DNA of 64,000 bases from an uncultured Alphaproteobacteria bacterium (lineage in GTDB: Bacteria > Pseudomonadota > Alphaproteobacteria > HIMB59 > GCA-002718135), in the NCBI GenBank assembly GCA_902604905.1, contig CACLAN010000002.1, forward strand, positions 68,020-132,019, in the 5' to 3' direction. Each line of letters starts with the position of its first letter. Position 1 is the stretch's first letter. The notes beneath the pieces are model-generated. The model saw nothing but the letters and a program-made list of their open reading frames with translations, searched no databases and was not told the DNA's origin. This document shows positions 18,896-29,315 of this stretch, one piece after another. The position numbers were made by a program, and so were the translations under genes.

Positions 18896-18981
18896 ATTTT
18901 AGATATATATTAATAAATCTAAAATTGTAGTAATGTTAAGAACATCTTTATCAAATCCATTTAAATTGTTAGTGTAAATCT

Positions 18982-20772
18982 ATGAAAAATCTTTCGATCT
19001 TACTACTTATTTTTTTCATATTTTTATTACCTTTAAAGTTTGCATCTGCAGAAAAAGTTCATGGAATTGCAATGCATGGTACACCAAAATATAGCAATAA
19101 TTTTACACACTTAGATTATGTTAATCCAAATGCACCTAAAGGTGGAACAGTAAAATTTGGATCATATGGATCTTTTGATAATCTAAATAGAGTAGCTTTT
19201 AAAGGCTCTAAAGCTGCTGGCCTTGGGTATGTTAATGATACGTTAATGAGAAGAGTATGGGATGAAGCATTTTCTCTCTATGGTTTAATAGCTGAAAAAG
19301 TAGAATTGCCTGAAGATAGATCATCTATAACTTTTTATTTAAATGCAAATGCAACTTTTCATGATGGCTCACCAATAACACGCGATGATGTATTGTTTAG
19401 TCTAGAAACGTTTCAAACAAAAGGTACGCCAAACCAGAAAAAAACATATGGCAAAGTTATTAAAACTGAATTGATTAGAAATAATGGAATAAAAATGATT
19501 TTTGAAAATAATGAAGATAAAGAATTACCTCTTATTATTGCAGGTTTTCTTCCTATCATTCCAAAAAAGTTTTATGAAAATCTTGATGTTACAAAAACAT
19601 TTTTAGACATCCCTCTAGGTAGTGGCCCATACCAAGTTGATGGTCTCGATCCAGGACGTCAAATAAAATACAAACGGGTTGAAAATTATTGGGCAAAAGA
19701 TTTACCGGTAAATAAAGGTCTCTATAATTTTGATACAATTATTTATGATTATTACAAAGACTCAAATGTCTTAGTTGAAGCTTTTAAGGTTGGTGAATAC
19801 GACTTTAGAAGAGAGTACAATGTTAAACGTTGGTTATCAGAATATGATTTCAAAGCTGTTCAGAATGGAGAGGTAATACTGACAGAAATGAATAACGATA
19901 GACCCGTTGGAATGAATGGTCTTGTGTTGAATACAAGACGTGACATATTTAATAATAGAAATGTAAGACTTGCTTTAAGTTATGCCTATGATCATGAATG
20001 GATTAATAAAACAATATATCAAAATGCATATGTGAGAACAGATAGTTATTTTGATAATTCTCCATTAGCTTCTTCAGGCTTACCATCAAAAAATGAGTTA
20101 GAATTGTTGAATGTATGGAAAGATGAAATTCCAGCAGAGGTATTTACAGAAACATTTACTCCACCAATTACGGATGGCAGTGGTAATGACCGTAAAAATT
20201 TATTGAAAGCAAAAGAAATACTCGAAAAAGAGGGATGGTTTGTTGAGAATGGAAAACTGGTAAAAGATGGAAAAGAATTCAAGTTTGAGTTCTTGATTGT
20301 CAGTCCATCTGATGAGAAAATTGCTTTAGCCTATCAAAGTAATTTAAAAAAACTTGGTATTACAATGGATGTAAGGACTGTTGATTCATCACAGTATCAA
20401 GAACGTTTGTTAAGTTATGATTTTGATATGATTAAAAGATATTGGGGAGTCAGTTTAAGCCCAGGAAATGAGCAACAATTTTATTGGGGATCAGAAGTTG
20501 GTCAAAAAGATGGAAGCAGAAATTATCCTGGTATCAATAGTCCAGTAGTTGATGCATTAATTGAAAAACTAATTAGTGCAACAAATAGAGAAGAATTAAC
20601 AACGACGATCCACGCACTTGATAGAGTGTTGTTATGGGGTCACTATGTCGTTCCTCTTTATCATAGCAACAAAGACAGAATTGCTTATTGGGATTTTTTT
20701 GAGTACCCAGACGAAATTCCACTTTACGGAATTGTAATTGAGTCTTGGTGGATTAATAAAGATAAACAATAA
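18982..20772 (+). CDS. Family 5 extracellular solute-binding protein (YejA-like)
   Basis: HGIAMHGTPKY, YVNPNAPKGG, PLGSGPY, YWAKDLPVNKG, SPGNEQ, ALDRVLLWG. Confidence 0.85.
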   Translation: MKNLSILLLIFFIFLLPLKFASAEKVHGIAMHGTPKYSNNFTHLDYVNPNAPKGGTVKFGSYGSFDNLNRVAFKGSKAAGLGYVNDTLMRRVWDEAFSLYGLIAEKVELPEDRSSITFYLNANATFHDGSPITRDDVLFSLETFQTKGTPNQKKTYGKVIKTELIRNNGIKMIFENNEDKELPLIIAGFLPIIPKKFYENLDVTKTFLDIPLGSGPYQVDGLDPGRQIKYKRVENYWAKDLPVNKGLYNFDTIIYDYYKDSNVLVEAFKVGEYDFRREYNVKRWLSEYDFKAVQNGEVILTEMNNDRPVGMNGLVLNTRRDIFNNRNVRLALSYAYDHEWINKTIYQNAYVRTDSYFDNSPLASSGLPSKNELELLNVWKDEIPAEVFTETFTPPITDGSGNDRKNLLKAKEILEKEGWFVENGKLVKDGKEFKFEFLIVSPSDEKIALAYQSNLKKLGITMDVRTVDSSQYQERLLSYDFDMIKRYWGVSLSPGNEQQFYWGSEVGQKDGSRNYPGINSPVVDALIEKLISATNREELTTTIHALDRVLLWGHYVVPLYHSNKDRIAYWDFFEYPDEIPLYGIVIESWWINKDKQ

Positions 20773-20793
20773 AATAAGTAATCAAATATTTTT

Positions 20794-21678
20794 ATGAGTC
20801 ATACAAGAGCTAACATACTCATGTTAATTGCCTCACTTATATGGGGAACAGCTTTTGTAAGCCAAACTACTGGGATGGGAGCCATAGGTCCTTTTACTTT
20901 TAGCTTTGGAAGATTCTTTTTTGCATTTTTAACAGTAATTCCATTTGCAATTTATCTAGAACAACAAAATATTTTTAAAATATTAAGTGATAGAAAAAAA
21001 GTTTATCTTTGTTTGGCTACAGGTTTTTTTCTTTTTGGTGGTATGGGTCTTCAACAATATGCTTTACAAAAATCATTAATATCAAATGCTGCTTTTCTTA
21101 GCACTCTTTACGTGCCCTTTGTTGGTATAATTTCAAGATTCATAATTAAAAAACAAGTACACTGGATTATCTGGATTGCCATTTTACTTTGTTTGTATGG
21201 ATCATATCTTTTGTCCTCTAATCAATCAGTTGAAATTCAACAATCAGATTCACTATTGTTTATTGCTGCTTTGTTTTTTGCCTTACATATTATTTGTATC
21301 GATATTTTTATGAAAGAACTTAACAGTCCTTTTTTATTTGGAAGTATTCAGTATTTTATTGTTTTTATTTTATCTATGATCTTAGCTTTTATGTGGGAGG
21401 AACCAAGACTGTCAAATATGCAAATTGAATGGTTTGAAATTTTATATACGGGTATTTTTTCTGCTGGCATTGGATATACACTTCAAATTATTGCTCAACA
21501 TAAAGCTAATCCTGCTCCTGCTGCTATTATTTTATCAATGGAGTCAGTCTTTGCTGCAATAGCAGGTTGGATACTTTTAAATCAAGTTTTAGACACACAA
21601 AAAATACTTGGATGCCTTGCAATATTTATTGGAGTCATTATAGTACAATTAGTACCAATAATTATTAAACAAAAATGA
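20794..21678 (+). CDS. EamA/DMT family transporter
   Basis: IWGTAFVSQ, GYTLQIIAQ, ILSMESVFA; two EamA repeats. Confidence 0.85.
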   Translation: MSHTRANILMLIASLIWGTAFVSQTTGMGAIGPFTFSFGRFFFAFLTVIPFAIYLEQQNIFKILSDRKKVYLCLATGFFLFGGMGLQQYALQKSLISNAAFLSTLYVPFVGIISRFIIKKQVHWIIWIAILLCLYGSYLLSSNQSVEIQQSDSLLFIAALFFALHIICIDIFMKELNSPFLFGSIQYFIVFILSMILAFMWEEPRLSNMQIEWFEILYTGIFSAGIGYTLQIIAQHKANPAPAAIILSMESVFAAIAGWILLNQVLDTQKILGCLAIFIGVIIVQLVPIIIKQK

Positions 21679-22649
21679 GTGATAAATTAGACGTAATTGG
21701 AATTGGAAATGCTATGGTAGATGCCATAATTCCTTCCAATCAAAGTGAAATTGAAAAACATGAAATTAATAGAGATTCTATGAATCTTATTGATGAAAAC
21801 TTAAAAAATAATTTGCATGAAAGTTATTCTATCAGAGAAATGGCTGGTGGAGGTTCCCTTGGTAACTCCATGTTTGGAATCACCTCTTTTGGCGGTAATG
21901 GAAGTTTTATTGGAAAAATTAAAAATGATGAAATTGGAGTTTACCTTCAAAAAGATATGATCCGGGAAGGACTAAAATTTCCATTAGGATTTACATCTCC
22001 TGATATTTCAACTGGATGTTGTACAATTTTTGTTGAAGAAGATGGAACAAGAACAATGTGTACTTTTCTTGGTGCTGGAACATTAATAGGGCCTGAAGAT
22101 ATAAAAGAGGATGATATTAAAAATCATAAGATTGCATATTTGGAAGGCTACTTGTGGGACAATGATAATGCAAAAAAGGCTATGAAAAAAATGGTGGATA
22201 TTTGCAAGGCTGATAATCAAAAAATTGCATTTACTTTATCTGACCTTTTTTGTGTTGATAGACACCGTGACTCTTTTAAAGAATTAATAACTGAGAATGT
22301 TGATATTCTTTTTGCTAACGAAGATGAAATCAAAGCAATGGCAGAAACAGAAAGTTTTGAAGAAGGTCTAGAATATGCAAAATCATTAAATATAATTGCT
22401 GCTATTACTAGAGGAAGTAGCGGATCTGTTATTGTTTCTGGTAATGACATCACTGAAGTTGCTGCAAAAAAAGTAGAAAAAGTTGTAGATACAACTGGAG
22501 CTGGAGATTTATTTGCAGCTGGTTTTTTATTTGGTTATTCGAAAGGTAAAGCAATGGATGAATGTGGTAATTATGCATCAATTGCTGCTGCGGAAATTAT
22601 TTCACATTATGGTGCAAGACCTTTAGTAAAATTGTCTAGTTTAATTTAG
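21675..22649 (+). CDS. PfkB-family carbohydrate kinase, adenosine kinase-like
   Basis: GIGNAMVD, GGS, RTMCTFLGA, LEGYLWD, FANE, VDTTGAGDLFAAGF. Confidence 0.85.
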   Translation: MSDKLDVIGIGNAMVDAIIPSNQSEIEKHEINRDSMNLIDENLKNNLHESYSIREMAGGGSLGNSMFGITSFGGNGSFIGKIKNDEIGVYLQKDMIREGLKFPLGFTSPDISTGCCTIFVEEDGTRTMCTFLGAGTLIGPEDIKEDDIKNHKIAYLEGYLWDNDNAKKAMKKMVDICKADNQKIAFTLSDLFCVDRHRDSFKELITENVDILFANEDEIKAMAETESFEEGLEYAKSLNIIAAITRGSSGSVIVSGNDITEVAAKKVEKVVDTTGAGDLFAAGFLFGYSKGKAMDECGNYASIAAAEIISHYGARPLVKLSSLI

Positions 22650-23616
22650 CTAATAATTTATTTTTATTTTCGTCATCGCAAAAAGAATATTTAATTGCGT
22701 TATGGGTAAGGGAGGTTAGTTCCTTTTCATTTAAACCTAAATCTTCCATGACTTTATATTCACCGTTTATTGTAGCATTAAAAAAAGGAGGATCATCTGA
22801 ATTGACTGTTACTTTTACCCCTTGATCAAATAATGTTTTCACAGGATGGTCTACATAATCTTCATAAATCTTAGTTGCAATATTACTTGTTGGACAAGTT
22901 TCTAGAATAATATCTTTTTCAATTATTTCTTTGACTAAATCAGGATCCTCTATTGATCGAACTCCGTGACCTAATCTTGTTGGATGAAGAAGATTAATAG
23001 CATTTCTTATATTTACAGGACCATCCCATTCACCTGCATGAACAGTAATTGGAAAATTTTCTTTTTTTAACATATCAAATGTTTCAACGAATAAATTTGG
23101 TGGAAAATGAAGTTCATCCCCAGCTAAACCAAAACCAACTAAACAAGGATGAGGATTATTTAAAACTTCTTTTGCAGTTCCTTCTACTGACTCTGGTCCT
23201 AAATGTCTGATCCCATTCATTATGTAGCGTGAAACAATACCAAAATCTTCTTCAGCTTTTTTGGAAGCTTCATAGACTCCTTCAATAAAAGAATGATAGG
23301 TCATCCCTTTTTCTTTAGCATGAGTTGAGGAAATCATCGCTTCGACATAAAGAACATTGTTAGCCGCACAATCTTTTAAATATTCATACGTTAATTCAAA
23401 ATAATCTTCTGGCGTATGTATGACAGAAGTAACGATGTCATATTTTTTTATAAAATCATAAAAATCATCCCATTGGTATGCGTACTTTGAGCCAAACATT
23501 TCTTCAGGTATTTCATAATTATTACGTTTGGCAAATTTCTTACATAAATCTGGCGTAATGGTTGCCTCTAAATGAACATGAATTTCTGCTTTTTTAACTG
23601 AATTAAAAATATTCAT
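22636..23616 (-). CDS. add: Adenosine/adenine deaminase
   Basis: KAEIHVHLE, HAGE, RLGHG, CPTSN, NSDDP; start moved to ATG 23616 because the longer ORF overlaps the divergent gene. Confidence 0.88.
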   Translation of the reverse strand: MNIFNSVKKAEIHVHLEATITPDLCKKFAKRNNYEIPEEMFGSKYAYQWDDFYDFIKKYDIVTSVIHTPEDYFELTYEYLKDCAANNVLYVEAMISSTHAKEKGMTYHSFIEGVYEASKKAEEDFGIVSRYIMNGIRHLGPESVEGTAKEVLNNPHPCLVGFGLAGDELHFPPNLFVETFDMLKKENFPITVHAGEWDGPVNIRNAINLLHPTRLGHGVRSIEDPDLVKEIIEKDIILETCPTSNIATKIYEDYVDHPVKTLFDQGVKVTVNSDDPPFFNATINGEYKVMEDLGLNEKELTSLTHNAIKYSFCDDENKNKLLAKLN

Positions 23617-23645
23617 ATAAATAAAATTACCTATATAATAATAAT

Positions 23646-24557
23646 ATGGAAGCAAGAATAAACAGAAGAAGCTTTGTTTTTGGCGCAAGTTGCTCTTTAT
23701 GTGGTTCAATGATTTTACCTTCTTGTACACAAGTACCATTAACAAATCGAAGTCAGTTAAATTTATATGATAGCAACCTACCTATAATTTTAATGGGTGG
23801 TGGTGTTCTTGGCACTCCTAAAATTTATCCTAATGAAAGATCTCTAAATCAAGAAGTTGAAAAAACATATTCAAGATTTTTATCTAAAGCTAAAGAAGAT
23901 AAAATTCTTTTAGATAACACAAATGAATCAAAAAAAATTGAAGAAATAGGAAAAGAAATTTATACCTCTCTGGATACGTATTATCTTAATAAGCGTGAAA
24001 AAAATCCTGCTGGAAATTTTAATTGGCAGTTCGCTCTTATAGATTCAGAAACAAAAAATGCTTGGTGTATGCCAGGGGGCAAAATCGCTTTTTATACAGG
24101 TATACTTCCTATATGTAAAAATGATGACGGTATTGCAGCAGTCATGGGACATGAAATTGCTCATGCATTTGCAAGACATACTGTAGAAAAATTAACTCAA
24201 GCTTCTATGATACAAATGGCAACCATTGGAATATCACGAAGTAGGTATGCAGAACTTCTTAATAAGTCTTTTAGAGTAGGCAATGTAGGTGGTAATGTTT
24301 ACAACTCAGTTGTTAAATATGGAATCTTTCTTCCCTTTAGTAGAAAAATGGAAAGTGAAGCAGATTATTTAGGCATGGGATTTATGAATCTTGCAGGCTT
24401 TAATATTAAAGAACCTGCCAAACTATGGCAAAGAATGATGGCAGATCAAGAAGGAAGAATGCCCGAATTTATGGGATCTCACCCAAGTCCAGATAATAGA
24501 TCCAAAAAATTTCTAGAATGGGAAAGTGAAGTTTTAGATAAATTTCCTCGTGTTTAA
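23646..24557 (+). CDS. M48-family zinc metallopeptidase, probable Tat-exported lipoprotein
   Basis: RRSFV Tat motif and LPSC lipobox; NAWCMPGG, GHEIAH (HExxH), ESEAD, SHP. Confidence 0.85.
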   Translation: MEARINRRSFVFGASCSLCGSMILPSCTQVPLTNRSQLNLYDSNLPIILMGGGVLGTPKIYPNERSLNQEVEKTYSRFLSKAKEDKILLDNTNESKKIEEIGKEIYTSLDTYYLNKREKNPAGNFNWQFALIDSETKNAWCMPGGKIAFYTGILPICKNDDGIAAVMGHEIAHAFARHTVEKLTQASMIQMATIGISRSRYAELLNKSFRVGNVGGNVYNSVVKYGIFLPFSRKMESEADYLGMGFMNLAGFNIKEPAKLWQRMMADQEGRMPEFMGSHPSPDNRSKKFLEWESEVLDKFPRV

Positions 24558-24579
24558 TTTTTAGTGTATTAGGAAAGTT

Positions 24580-25626
24580 GTGTTAGCTGTTGAAGTAAAA
24601 AATCTGACTCATGAGATTAATAATAAAAAAATCTTAAATAATATTGAGTTCAATCTAACCAAGGATAGCATTTCTTGTATTCTTGGTCCTTCAGGAAGTG
24701 GAAAAACTACATTATTAAAACTTATTGCAGGTTTAGAAAAAGTACAATCTGGTGAAATCTTAATAAATGGCGAAGAGGTGAGTAGTACAAAAAAACATCT
24801 ACCAACTGAAAAGAGAAAAATTGGATTTTTATTTCAAGACTATGCTTTATTTCCACATTTAACAGTCAAGCAAAACTTAGAGTATCCCATAAATTATAAG
24901 AATTCAAATTATAGAATTGAGGATATTATTGATTTAATAAAACTTCCAAACTCTCTAAATAAATTTCCCCATGAGTTAAGTGGTGGCGAACAACAAAGAG
25001 TAGCATTAGCAAGATCAATTATTTCTCAACCTGATTTACTTTTATTAGATGAGCCATTTTCGAGTCTTGATTTGAATTTAAGAGAAGAGGTCAGGGATGA
25101 TACTTTGCATTTATTACAAAAATCTAACATATCAGTGATTATTGTTACTCACGATCCATTTGAAGCTATGTTCATTTCTAATCAAATAAATATTATGGAT
25201 ACCTCAGGATATATTATTCAATCTGGAAGCCCGGCAGAATTATATAAAAATCCTAAAAATTCATATGTGACTGAATTTTTTGGTGAAACAAATAGGTTTC
25301 ATGGAGTAGTTAATAACTCTTTTGTAGATACGCCAGTAGGAAAAATTAAAGCTCCAAATGAGCTTGAAAATACAAATGTAGAAATACATGTAAGACCACA
25401 AGGAGTAAAATTAAAGCAACAACCAACACCTGTTAATGGAATAAAAGGTACTGTTATGGCCTCAAAATTAATGGGGTCTTTTAGTTTTGTTCATCTTTCA
25501 GTGCTTGATGACAATAATGAGGTTATTCATGTTCATAGTCACATGCCTCCAGAATTTAATCCTCAACAATCATCTGCTGTCGAAATTGAGATAGATCAAT
25601 CTCAAGCTTTTATTTTTAAAAATTAG
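24580..25626 (+). CDS. fbpC: Fe3+ ABC transporter ATP-binding protein
   Basis: GPSGSGKT, LFQDYALFPH, LSGGEQQR; converges on the Fe3+ permease gene. Confidence 0.75.
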   Translation: MLAVEVKNLTHEINNKKILNNIEFNLTKDSISCILGPSGSGKTTLLKLIAGLEKVQSGEILINGEEVSSTKKHLPTEKRKIGFLFQDYALFPHLTVKQNLEYPINYKNSNYRIEDIIDLIKLPNSLNKFPHELSGGEQQRVALARSIISQPDLLLLDEPFSSLDLNLREEVRDDTLHLLQKSNISVIIVTHDPFEAMFISNQINIMDTSGYIIQSGSPAELYKNPKNSYVTEFFGETNRFHGVVNNSFVDTPVGKIKAPNELENTNVEIHVRPQGVKLKQQPTPVNGIKGTVMASKLMGSFSFVHLSVLDDNNEVIHVHSHMPPEFNPQQSSAVEIEIDQSQAFIFKN

Positions 25627-27236
25627 TTGCTTTCTTTTTTTTGTGAAACTCTTTGAAGAGTTGTGTTTAAAAATATTACTGGACCAAGACCAACCACAAT
25701 AATTATTAGAGCAGCAAATGATGATTCTTGTAAAAGTTCATCTGATGCATATTGGTAGACATAAGTAGCTAAAGTTTCAAAATTAAAAGGTCTTAGCAGT
25801 AGGGTGATTGGAAGTTCTTTTAAAATATCAACAAAAACTAGAATACCTCCAATTAGGATATTGGTATAAATTAAGGGTAATACGATTACTCGAATTGTAT
25901 TTAGAAAACCTTTTCCCATTGTTTGGGAAGCATCAACCGCATTTGGATGAACTTTAAGTATTCCTGATCGCAGGGCAGCATTACCAACTGCTAAAAATCT
26001 AGTTGTGTAAGCAAAAATTAATACTAAGAAACCACCTGCAGCATAACCCATTTCAATATTAGTTATTGAGTTTAACCATCCAAAAAAGATAACAATGCCA
26101 ACTGCAAGTATAGTACCTGGTAAAGCATAACCACATGAAGCTACAAAAATTAATCCTTTTTGAAAAGTATTTGATTTATAATTTGATACAATAATTAGAA
26201 TTATAGAAACTAGCATGACAGTAGCAGCTCCTGCAAGTGCAAGCGATATACTTGTTGTTGCAGCAAATATAACTTCACTAAAATTAATTATAGAAAAACC
26301 ACTTAAAACGAAATTTAAAAGAATGAGTACAGGAATTACAAATCCAAGAGTAATTGGGGTCAAACAAATTAAAAAACAAAGTAACTTTCCAGAAAATGAA
26401 ATTGTTTCTGACTGAAGCATATTTTGACCACTACTTTTTTCAAAATACCTTTGTCTACGTCTTGCTAAATATTCAACAGTTAAAAGGACAACAACAAAAA
26501 TAAATAAAACTGAAGATATTTGTGCTGCACCTGATAGACTGTTCATTCCCAACCAAACATTAAATACACCAAGGGTTAGAGTTTCTAGAGCAAAGTATTC
26601 AACTGTTCCAAAATCAGAAATTGTTTCCATTAATACAAGTGCTAGGCCAGCAAATATTCCTGGTCTTGCAAGTGGCAGAGCAACAGAAAAAAAACTGCTT
26701 CGTCCATAAATTAAACTTGTTTGATAAAAAGATAAGGGCACGGTTAAAAAAGATGCTCTAGTCATCATGTAAATATATGGATAAAGAACACAAGACATAA
26801 CTAAAATAGCCCCACCCATTGATCGTATTTCTGGGAACCAATAATCTTTAACACTATTCCAGTTAAAAATTTCCCTTAGTAGTTTTTGTAATGGACCAGC
26901 GTATTCTAAAAAATCAGTATATGTATAAGCAATGATATATGCAGGTACTGCAGCGGGTAATAATAGTGCCCACTCAAAAAAATTTTTACCAATAAAGTTA
27001 TATCTTGTAACTACCCATGCTGAAGAAACACCAAAGATCATACTTAGAATTCCTACCCCGATCATGAGCACAATTGTGTTGTAAACATATCTTGGCAGAA
27101 CGGTTGAGAATAAATGTGGCCATAGACTGGTATCTCCTAAAAATGCGGAGTAAAAAATAGCAACTATTGGACAAATTATAAAAAGAGCAAGAAAAGTTGC
27201 TAACGTAGATGAGCTATTCCAATTATACAAATTCAC
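25623..27236 (-). CDS. fbpB: Fe3+ ABC transporter permease
   Basis: Duplicated permease domains; AYTYTDFLEYAGP, LYPYIY, DFGTV, KELPITLLLRPFNFETLA. Confidence 0.9.
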   Translation of the reverse strand: MNLYNWNSSSTLATFLALFIICPIVAIFYSAFLGDTSLWPHLFSTVLPRYVYNTIVLMIGVGILSMIFGVSSAWVVTRYNFIGKNFFEWALLLPAAVPAYIIAYTYTDFLEYAGPLQKLLREIFNWNSVKDYWFPEIRSMGGAILVMSCVLYPYIYMMTRASFLTVPLSFYQTSLIYGRSSFFSVALPLARPGIFAGLALVLMETISDFGTVEYFALETLTLGVFNVWLGMNSLSGAAQISSVLFIFVVVLLTVEYLARRRQRYFEKSSGQNMLQSETISFSGKLLCFLICLTPITLGFVIPVLILLNFVLSGFSIINFSEVIFAATTSISLALAGAATVMLVSIILIIVSNYKSNTFQKGLIFVASCGYALPGTILAVGIVIFFGWLNSITNIEMGYAAGGFLVLIFAYTTRFLAVGNAALRSGILKVHPNAVDASQTMGKGFLNTIRVIVLPLIYTNILIGGILVFVDILKELPITLLLRPFNFETLATYVYQYASDELLQESSFAALIIIVVGLGPVIFLNTTLQRVSQKKESN

Positions 27237-27247
27237 TTGGTTATAAA

Positions 27248-28267
27248 CTACCAGCCAACCCGATCAATTATCATTTGGGCATTAGGAGCAAGTTCTGCTA
27301 TTTTTATTATTGGAAGTGTATCCTCTCTAAAGCTACCCCAGCTTTGTAGTTCTTCTCCAGGCTCAATTTTTTGATTTGCTGGATACTCAAAATTTATTTC
27401 TCCGTAGAGTTTTTGTGCTTTTTCACTTGTTAAAAACTCAAGTAACTTCTGAGCTTCTTCTTTGTTACTAGAATACTTAGCTACCCCTCCACCTGAAATA
27501 TTTACATGAGCTCCTCTGTCACCCTCAGCTTGATTAGGAAAAACTAATCTCACACTTTCAGCCCATTTTCTTTGTTCAGGGTCTTCTGAGAATTTCAGTT
27601 TTCCATAATAATAATTATTTATAAGAGCAAGTTCACACTCCCCTTCATGAATAGCTTTAACCTGCGCTCTATCATTGCCTTGTGGTCTTTTGGCAAAATT
27701 AGCCACCATAGCCTTAGCCCATTTTTCAGCTTCATCTTCTCCAAGCGCTGCTAAAACTGATGCCATTATTCCACGGTTATAAACGTGACTTCCAGGTCTT
27801 GAGCAAATTTTTCCCTTCCACTTGGGGTCCGCCAAATCTTCAATTCTAGTTATTTCACCTTCTGCAATCTTCTCTTTGTGAACTACAATAACTCTAGCTC
27901 TTTTGGAAAGACCAAACCATGTATTTTCAGGACTCCTCAGGTAATTAGGAATATTATTTTGTAACTGTTTTGAATCTAATGAAGAAAGTAAATCAAGATC
28001 ATCATAAATATACAGTCTTCCTATATCTACCGTAAGAATAACATCTGCTGGACTATTTTCTCCCTCAGCCTTCAGTCTCTGGGCTAAGCCTTTTTTAGAA
28101 TAAACAACATTTGTTTTAATGCCAGTTTCCTCAGTAAATAGTTCTAGAAAAGGGTTAATTAAGAATGGCTGTCTATGTGAATAAATATTTATCTCTTTTG
28201 CATTTAAATACGGAGTAAAAATAAATATAAAAAATAAAAATACAAAATGTAATAAATTAGTTTTCAT
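27248..28267 (-). CDS. fbpA: Fe3+ ABC transporter periplasmic binding protein (FbpA/FutA type)
   Basis: IYSHRQ, EGENSPADV, RPGSHVYN, GNDRAQ, NNYYYG (Tyr ligands), HVNISG. Confidence 0.9.
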   Translation of the reverse strand: MKTNLLHFVFLFFIFIFTPYLNAKEINIYSHRQPFLINPFLELFTEETGIKTNVVYSKKGLAQRLKAEGENSPADVILTVDIGRLYIYDDLDLLSSLDSKQLQNNIPNYLRSPENTWFGLSKRARVIVVHKEKIAEGEITRIEDLADPKWKGKICSRPGSHVYNRGIMASVLAALGEDEAEKWAKAMVANFAKRPQGNDRAQVKAIHEGECELALINNYYYGKLKFSEDPEQRKWAESVRLVFPNQAEGDRGAHVNISGGGVAKYSSNKEEAQKLLEFLTSEKAQKLYGEINFEYPANQKIEPGEELQSWGSFREDTLPIIKIAELAPNAQMIIDRVGW

Positions 28268-29267
28268 TTAACGATCTCCTTTTCAGATTAATTGAGCTAA
28301 ATTTAAGTTTTATTTTTAAAAACTTTCTTAAAAAATAATTTTTAATTTCAATAAATGGATTTATGTATAAATCTTTTAAATTATGACTTTCATCTTTTTG
28401 GTTCTTTTCAATTCCAAGTTCTAAAGTTTCAAATTCAACTGAATGATGAAGTGATCTAAATAGATAATCCCAAATAGCTAAAGCTGCTCCAAAGTTCTTA
28501 TCATGGTGTTCTCTTGCTATAGAGTGATGTAATTGATGTTGGGCTGGAGAAATGAATATATACTCTACCCATCTCCAATATCTAATTCCTACATGCGAGT
28601 GTCGTAAATTTGATCCTAGAATATTAAAAATAAATACAAAAATGTTTACTCCAAGAACTGTATATAAGCTTACTGAATCACCAAATAAAAAAATAAAAGA
28701 AGAAATACTTATTGCTTGTGTGATTGAACTTCTAAGAGAGAAAATTATTCCCTCTAAAGGATGAGTTCTAAAAACAGTCATTGGTGTTAAAACGGTAGCA
28801 GAATGGTGCACTTTATGAAGTGACCATAAAATTGGCCATTTGTGCATAAACCTATGAACTATATATTTGCTAAAATCATCAATAGTAAATTGAAAAGTAG
28901 TGAAAGCAATTATCACAAGAATTGGAAGGGCTTCTTTAAACATTCCAACGCTTAACCAATCAATGGTGTGAAAATAAAAGTAAAGTGCTGTAGCAATTGT
29001 TAATTGAGTAATTAAAAATGGTGAAATAGTCATCATGATTAATTGGTTGATAAGAAAAACTTTGTAGTCGGATTTTGCTGACTTAGAAAAAAATATTTTT
29101 TTATCAAAAATTTTCTTAAATGCTGCAAAAAGAGAATATTTTCTTAATAAGATAAACCATAGAAATGCAATTAATATTGAGATTCCAATGTATGCTACAA
29201 AGACTCTTTTTTTTGGATCAATAAATTGATTACCAATATTAGATAAATATTCTGTTAAAATTTCCAT
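28257..29267 (-). CDS. Sterol desaturase/fatty-acid hydroxylase-family membrane di-iron protein
   Basis: His boxes HRFMH, HKVHH, RTHP, RHSH and HQLHH...KNFG..LAIWD; overlaps the start of fbpA. Confidence 0.85.
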   Translation of the reverse strand: MEILTEYLSNIGNQFIDPKKRVFVAYIGISILIAFLWFILLRKYSLFAAFKKIFDKKIFFSKSAKSDYKVFLINQLIMMTISPFLITQLTIATALYFYFHTIDWLSVGMFKEALPILVIIAFTTFQFTIDDFSKYIVHRFMHKWPILWSLHKVHHSATVLTPMTVFRTHPLEGIIFSLRSSITQAISISSFIFLFGDSVSLYTVLGVNIFVFIFNILGSNLRHSHVGIRYWRWVEYIFISPAQHQLHHSIAREHHDKNFGAALAIWDYLFRSLHHSVEFETLELGIEKNQKDESHNLKDLYINPFIEIKNYFLRKFLKIKLKFSSINLKRRSLNEN

Positions 29268-29279
29268 TCCAGTTTAGCA

Positions 29280-29303
29280 GTGTGGCTTTATACAAAGCCA
29301 CAC
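29280..29303 (-). terminator. Intergenic hairpin after the DUF4856-like gene (partial terminator or stabiliser)
   Basis: GTGTGGCTTT-atac-AAAGCCACAC, 10-bp perfect stem without a strong U tract. Confidence 0.55.
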
Positions 29304-29315
29304 CATAATATTCAA

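Noticed and set aside
23617-23745. 43-aa N-terminal extension of add in the ORF track
   Set aside because: Overlaps the divergent M48 gene; homology begins at MNIF...KAEIHVH (23616)
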